Source: Eledone cirrhosa (taxonomy: Eukaryota). Taken from it: a stretch of 64,000 nucleotides of DNA. The notes beneath the pieces are model-generated. The model was not told the origin of the DNA, ran no database searches, and saw only the letters and a program-made list of their open reading frames with translations. Each line of letters begins with the position of its first letter. Position 1 is the stretch's first letter. Location: NCBI GenBank assembly GCA_964016885.1, contig OZ024761.1:6696001-6760000 (forward strand), given 5' to 3'. Below, piece by piece: positions 56,286-64,000 of the stretch. Made by a program: the position numbers and the translations under genes.

Positions 56286-56956
56286 GTTCAGTTTTAAATA
56301 TAGCCAAATATTGTGATGATGATGCTGGTAGTTGCTTTCTTTGACAATAGTAATAGTAGTAGTAGTAGTAGTAACTGTGATGTTGATAGTAGTAGTGGTG
56401 GTAGTAGCAACAGCAACAAAACAAACTGTAGTAGTAGTGGTAGTAGTAGTGGTGGTGTTGTTGATAGTGGTTGTGGTGGTGGTAGTAGTAACAGTAATAA
56501 CAGGAAGAGAAAAACCAAGAGATAATGGCAGTTGCCATGGAGAGGAGAAGGAGGAGGGGTTAATATGATAAAGAGAGAGGGTGGGGAATGGACTGAAGGG
56601 CTTGTGTGTGTGTTAGGAAAAATTAAAACAACAAAAACAACTGACAGGAACACAAAGAATGTATTTTTTTTTTTTGAAATCTTTTTTTTTTCCAAAATAT
56701 TATTATTATTATTATTAATGTTAATATATAAATATATATAAAGACACAGCACACACACATATTAGAGAAAAAAAAAATGAGTGGTTTTTTTTTTGTTTTG
56801 TTTTGGTCTTTTTTTTATTTTTTTCAAACTGAGAGACAGACAGACACGGATAGAGAAAAGAACTAGAGAAACACAAAAGATGGTTGGGTAGAACTGGTTA
56901 GAAGGGTAGGGGAGGAGGGTGATGTTGGAAATTAAAAAAAAAAAAAAAAAAAAAAA

Positions 56957-57193
<237 letters not shown>

Positions 57194-57221
57194 TTATGGA
57201 TAAATGAAAGATTGGATAAAC

Positions 57222-59750
<2,529 letters not shown>

Positions 59751-59836
59751 CTGATGGTAGCTAAGATGCTTCCATAGGCGGTATGCCGGTTGAGCACTCT
59801 ATGCTCTTACAGAGCAGAGCAGAGTATGATAGAATA

Positions 59837-60057
59837 GAATAGAAAACGAAAAATCAGTGATGCATCTGAACTCAATTTATTGTGTGTTGCAATTGTTTCC
59901 CCGGCAGACAGCTTGAGACGCGATCATTGTGTGGATCTGTCTGATTCTGAAGCCGCAGGTTCGATGGACACATCTAATCGAGCTGTCCTCCGGGGAAACA
60001 ATTGTAACACACAATAAATTGAGTTCAGATGCATCACTGATTTTTCGTTTTCTATTC
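59837..60057. mobile_element. MITE-like near-perfect hairpin (77-bp arms) in a SERCA intron
   Basis: 59837-59913 pairs with 59981-60057 with about 3 mismatches. Confidence 0.85.
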
Positions 60058-60243
60058 ATCATCATCATTTCATTTTACGTCCGCTTTTTCCCTGCTTGCA
60101 AGGGTGGGACGGGAACTGATTCTGGCTTGATTTCTACAGCTGGATGCCCTTCCTAACACCAACCTCATTTACAGTGAGTGCTGGGTGCTTTTATGCCGTG
60201 GCACCTTCACGGCCACTTTGCAGTGGAATGATAGGGACCCCAG
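60058..60243 (-). mobile_element. Same element as 29871-30053, in opposite orientation
   Basis: Reverse-complement match over about 180 bp. Confidence 0.85.
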
Positions 60244-60244
60244 T

Positions 60245-60397
60245 CCCTATCATCTCATTTCTACAGCTGAGTAAACTGGAGCAATGTGAAATAAAGTGTC
60301 TTGCTCAAGGAAACAACACATCACCCGGTCTGAGAATTGAACTCACAACCTTTCGATTGCAAGGCCAATGCTCTAACCACTAAGCCATGTGCCTCCT
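60245..60397 (-). mobile_element. tRNA/CORE SINE head
   Basis: Minus strand GGAGGCACATGGCTTAGTGGTTAGAGC...GTGAGTTCAATTC...CCTTGAGCAAGACACTTTATTTCAC. A plus-strand fragment lies at 22282-22360. Confidence 0.8.
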
Positions 60398-60606
60398 TAT
60401 TATATATATATATATATATTGAAAAGATAACAAGGACGATTGGTTACTCCATTACATTTATTGGTTGGGGACGCGCGTTTTGCCACTGATCAGCTCATGG
60501 TTCGATCTGTATTGATCTTACCCGACTCTGTAATCCGCAGCTCGACAGACTCCTTAAAATGCTAGTAGAAAATGAATACATGCTACATGATAAAGTCAGA
60601 AGTTCA

Positions 60607-61731
<1,125 letters not shown>

Positions 61732-63007
61732 TTTAAACCGAACTCGTCCTCTGGACTGAGTGCTCTCTCTCTCTCTACACACACACACATATATGTTGAT
61801 TGCTGCTACTTCTCAGAAGAGTGCCATCCCTTCATTGAACATTGCATGATCATGTGCATGCAGGTGACTTTTTAGACCCACTTTTGTTTTGCAGATACGT
61901 TCAAAGATGTGACACTTGAACCGTCTCCTGCCAATACTGGCTGGGGTGTGTTTTTGTGCATTTTACCATGCCTGGTAAGTCCACCCACTGACCTGCAAAT
62001 TAAGCCACACTCACCCTGGAGTGTGTGGCAGTAGAACCATCTCACAGTTGGCTCGATTTCTCCCCATCTCCTGTGATTTCAGATGGTTAACAAAACCAGC
62101 TCGTGTTAGAAAAAACCGGCCACATTCATTACACTTGAGTCCTACTTACAAAATGAATGCTTCAAAACAACATGCTCCATTCACTTTTTCTCAAAGACAT
62201 CACATCCATTTTTGATGATCTTTCTCCGTGATGTACGGACTTCAGCCAGCCTCTCCCAGCTCTCCATATCAATCTTCATAAATATATACACACACATACA
62301 TATATGTACACACACACACACACATACATATATACATACACACTCATACATATGTACACACCGACAGACAGACAAAAGACACAGACAGACAATACAGCAA
62401 GAAAACTTAGTTCATTCAACCTAAATCACATCTGCCACTGTTGAGAACTGTCTCAGCAGTAATTTAACAACAACATTATATATAATTAAATATAATTAAA
62501 ATACAAAGTAAATATAGAATTAATAAATTGGGTTGTTTTTTAAATAAATAACTATGTTACTATTAGGTAAGAAATCTCGAAGAGCAAGAAGAGTTAAGTG
62601 TCTTGTTCAAGAGACTAACAACAACAGCAACACAATGTCTGTTTGTGGCAAAACAAAATTGTGAAGTGACAAATCACTTTTGTCTGACAACTGCCCAGAC
62701 AGTGTGTGAGTGTGTATCTTAATTAAAATTAATTTAACACTATCAATAATTAAATGTTTCGTTTTAATTAAAAATAAGGTCAATGAAAAACACTGGATAT
62801 TGAAATATGTTAAATGGTTTGAAAAGTTCATTTTTTACATGAACAGGATGGACATGCGCAGCTGAGGATGGACATGCGCAGCCGAGTGTAAAATCAGTCG
62901 ACTGGAATTTACAGACAACATGGTCTTAACTCGACAGAAGGTGATCTCAGACTTGTACTCAATAGGTTTGATGCAGAGTGCTGCATGGCTCGAATTAAAA
63001 TCAGAGC

Positions 63008-63678
63008 TGCAAAAACAGACTCATCCTCTCAAAGAAGCCTGCGCAGTGTACACTACATGTAAATGGAGTTCCACTGAAGCAGGTAGAAAAGTTCAAGTAT
63101 CTCGAGGCCGTGTTCATGAGTAATGGAAGACAGGAGGCTGAATTAGGTACAGGAATTGCAGGAGCTGGTGCAGTAATGTGCCAGCTTCACCATTCAGTAA
63201 TCAGAAGAAGCGGGGTAGGTGTAAAAGCCAAATCTTCAATTTGGTATTCGTGCCAACCCTTACCTATGATCATGACAGAAAAAATACGATCGTGAATACC
63301 AGCGGCCAAAATGGGATTCCTCCGAAGGGTCTTTGGAGTAACGTTACTCATTAGAATGCGTAGCTCGGAGATGAGAGAGTCACTCCAGATAGAGCCGCTA
63401 CTTCTCCAAATTGAGGGATCAGAGCTCCAATACTATGGCAATGTGGTTAGCTTCAGGAGAGAATCGCTGGACAGATTTTACAGACAAAGCCAACCGGCAA
63501 GAGAGCCAGGGGTAGACTCCCAAACAAAATGGTTGGATAATATCTATGAGCTTGGCTGATCACGCTTTGGGATCCAGCTGGATCAGTTGGAGATGTTTGC
63601 TTCTGATAGGACCCACTGGAAGAAGAGTTTGAGGACTCTGCCCCCATGACCTTCTCAGGAATAAGTGGAAGAAGAAGG
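63008..63678 (+). mobile_element. 5'-truncated RTE-clade LINE (Rex3/Expander-like) 3' end, decayed
   Basis: Frameshifted VNGVPLKQVEKFKYL..., MGFLRRVFGVTLL.RMRSSEMRESLQIEPLLLQIE and KWLDNI, followed by a (GAA)n tail. Confidence 0.9.
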
Positions 63679-64000
63679 TTTAAAAAGATATATTACAGGA
63701 TAAATAATACTGATAATAATAATGTTGATGAGAGGACTAATTATTTAACTAAACAAGGATGATAGATATATTGAATTAGGAAAAACATGTATGTATCAAA
63801 TCCTTGCAGATCGATGAAGTACCAAATAGCTTTTCTAATGTAAGGACAAATGAATCAATATATATATACACACACACATGCTGTGTGTGTGGGGGAATAA
63901 ATTGGAGTGTGGCTATTTTTCTGTGAAAGAAGAAAAAAAAGGATGGGGGGATGGTTGGAGGGGGAAGGGGTGTGTAAGATGTTGGCCTTTTTTTTAAAAA

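Overview
Eukaryotic, AT-rich and repeat-saturated DNA. The SINE, MITE and microsatellite inventory points to an octopod cephalopod (inference). The only host protein-coding sequence I can support is the 3' end of a SERCA-type Ca2+-ATPase (ATP2A) on the minus strand. It has two 118-bp exons (60775-60892 and 57043-57160) and a read-through extension (56957-57042) encoding a hydrophobic SERCA2b/Drosophila-type 11th-TM tail. An internal GT donor at 57042 could instead splice to a distal short-tail exon; the best candidate is 17392-17408, about 40 kb away and followed by a SINE-free 3'UTR-like region. The rest of the window contains: tRNA-derived SINEs, with the main family all in one orientation; TTAA-flanked MITEs that seeded satellites; RTE, R4/Dong and CRE-like LINE fragments; Penelope-like remnants with minimal type-I hammerhead ribozyme motifs; long foldback hairpins around the SERCA exons; and many mini- and microsatellites. 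Almost all ORFs in the supplied track are repeat artefacts. Coordinates were read by eye. Exon and ribozyme limits are base-exact to the best of my reading; repeat limits are approximate.
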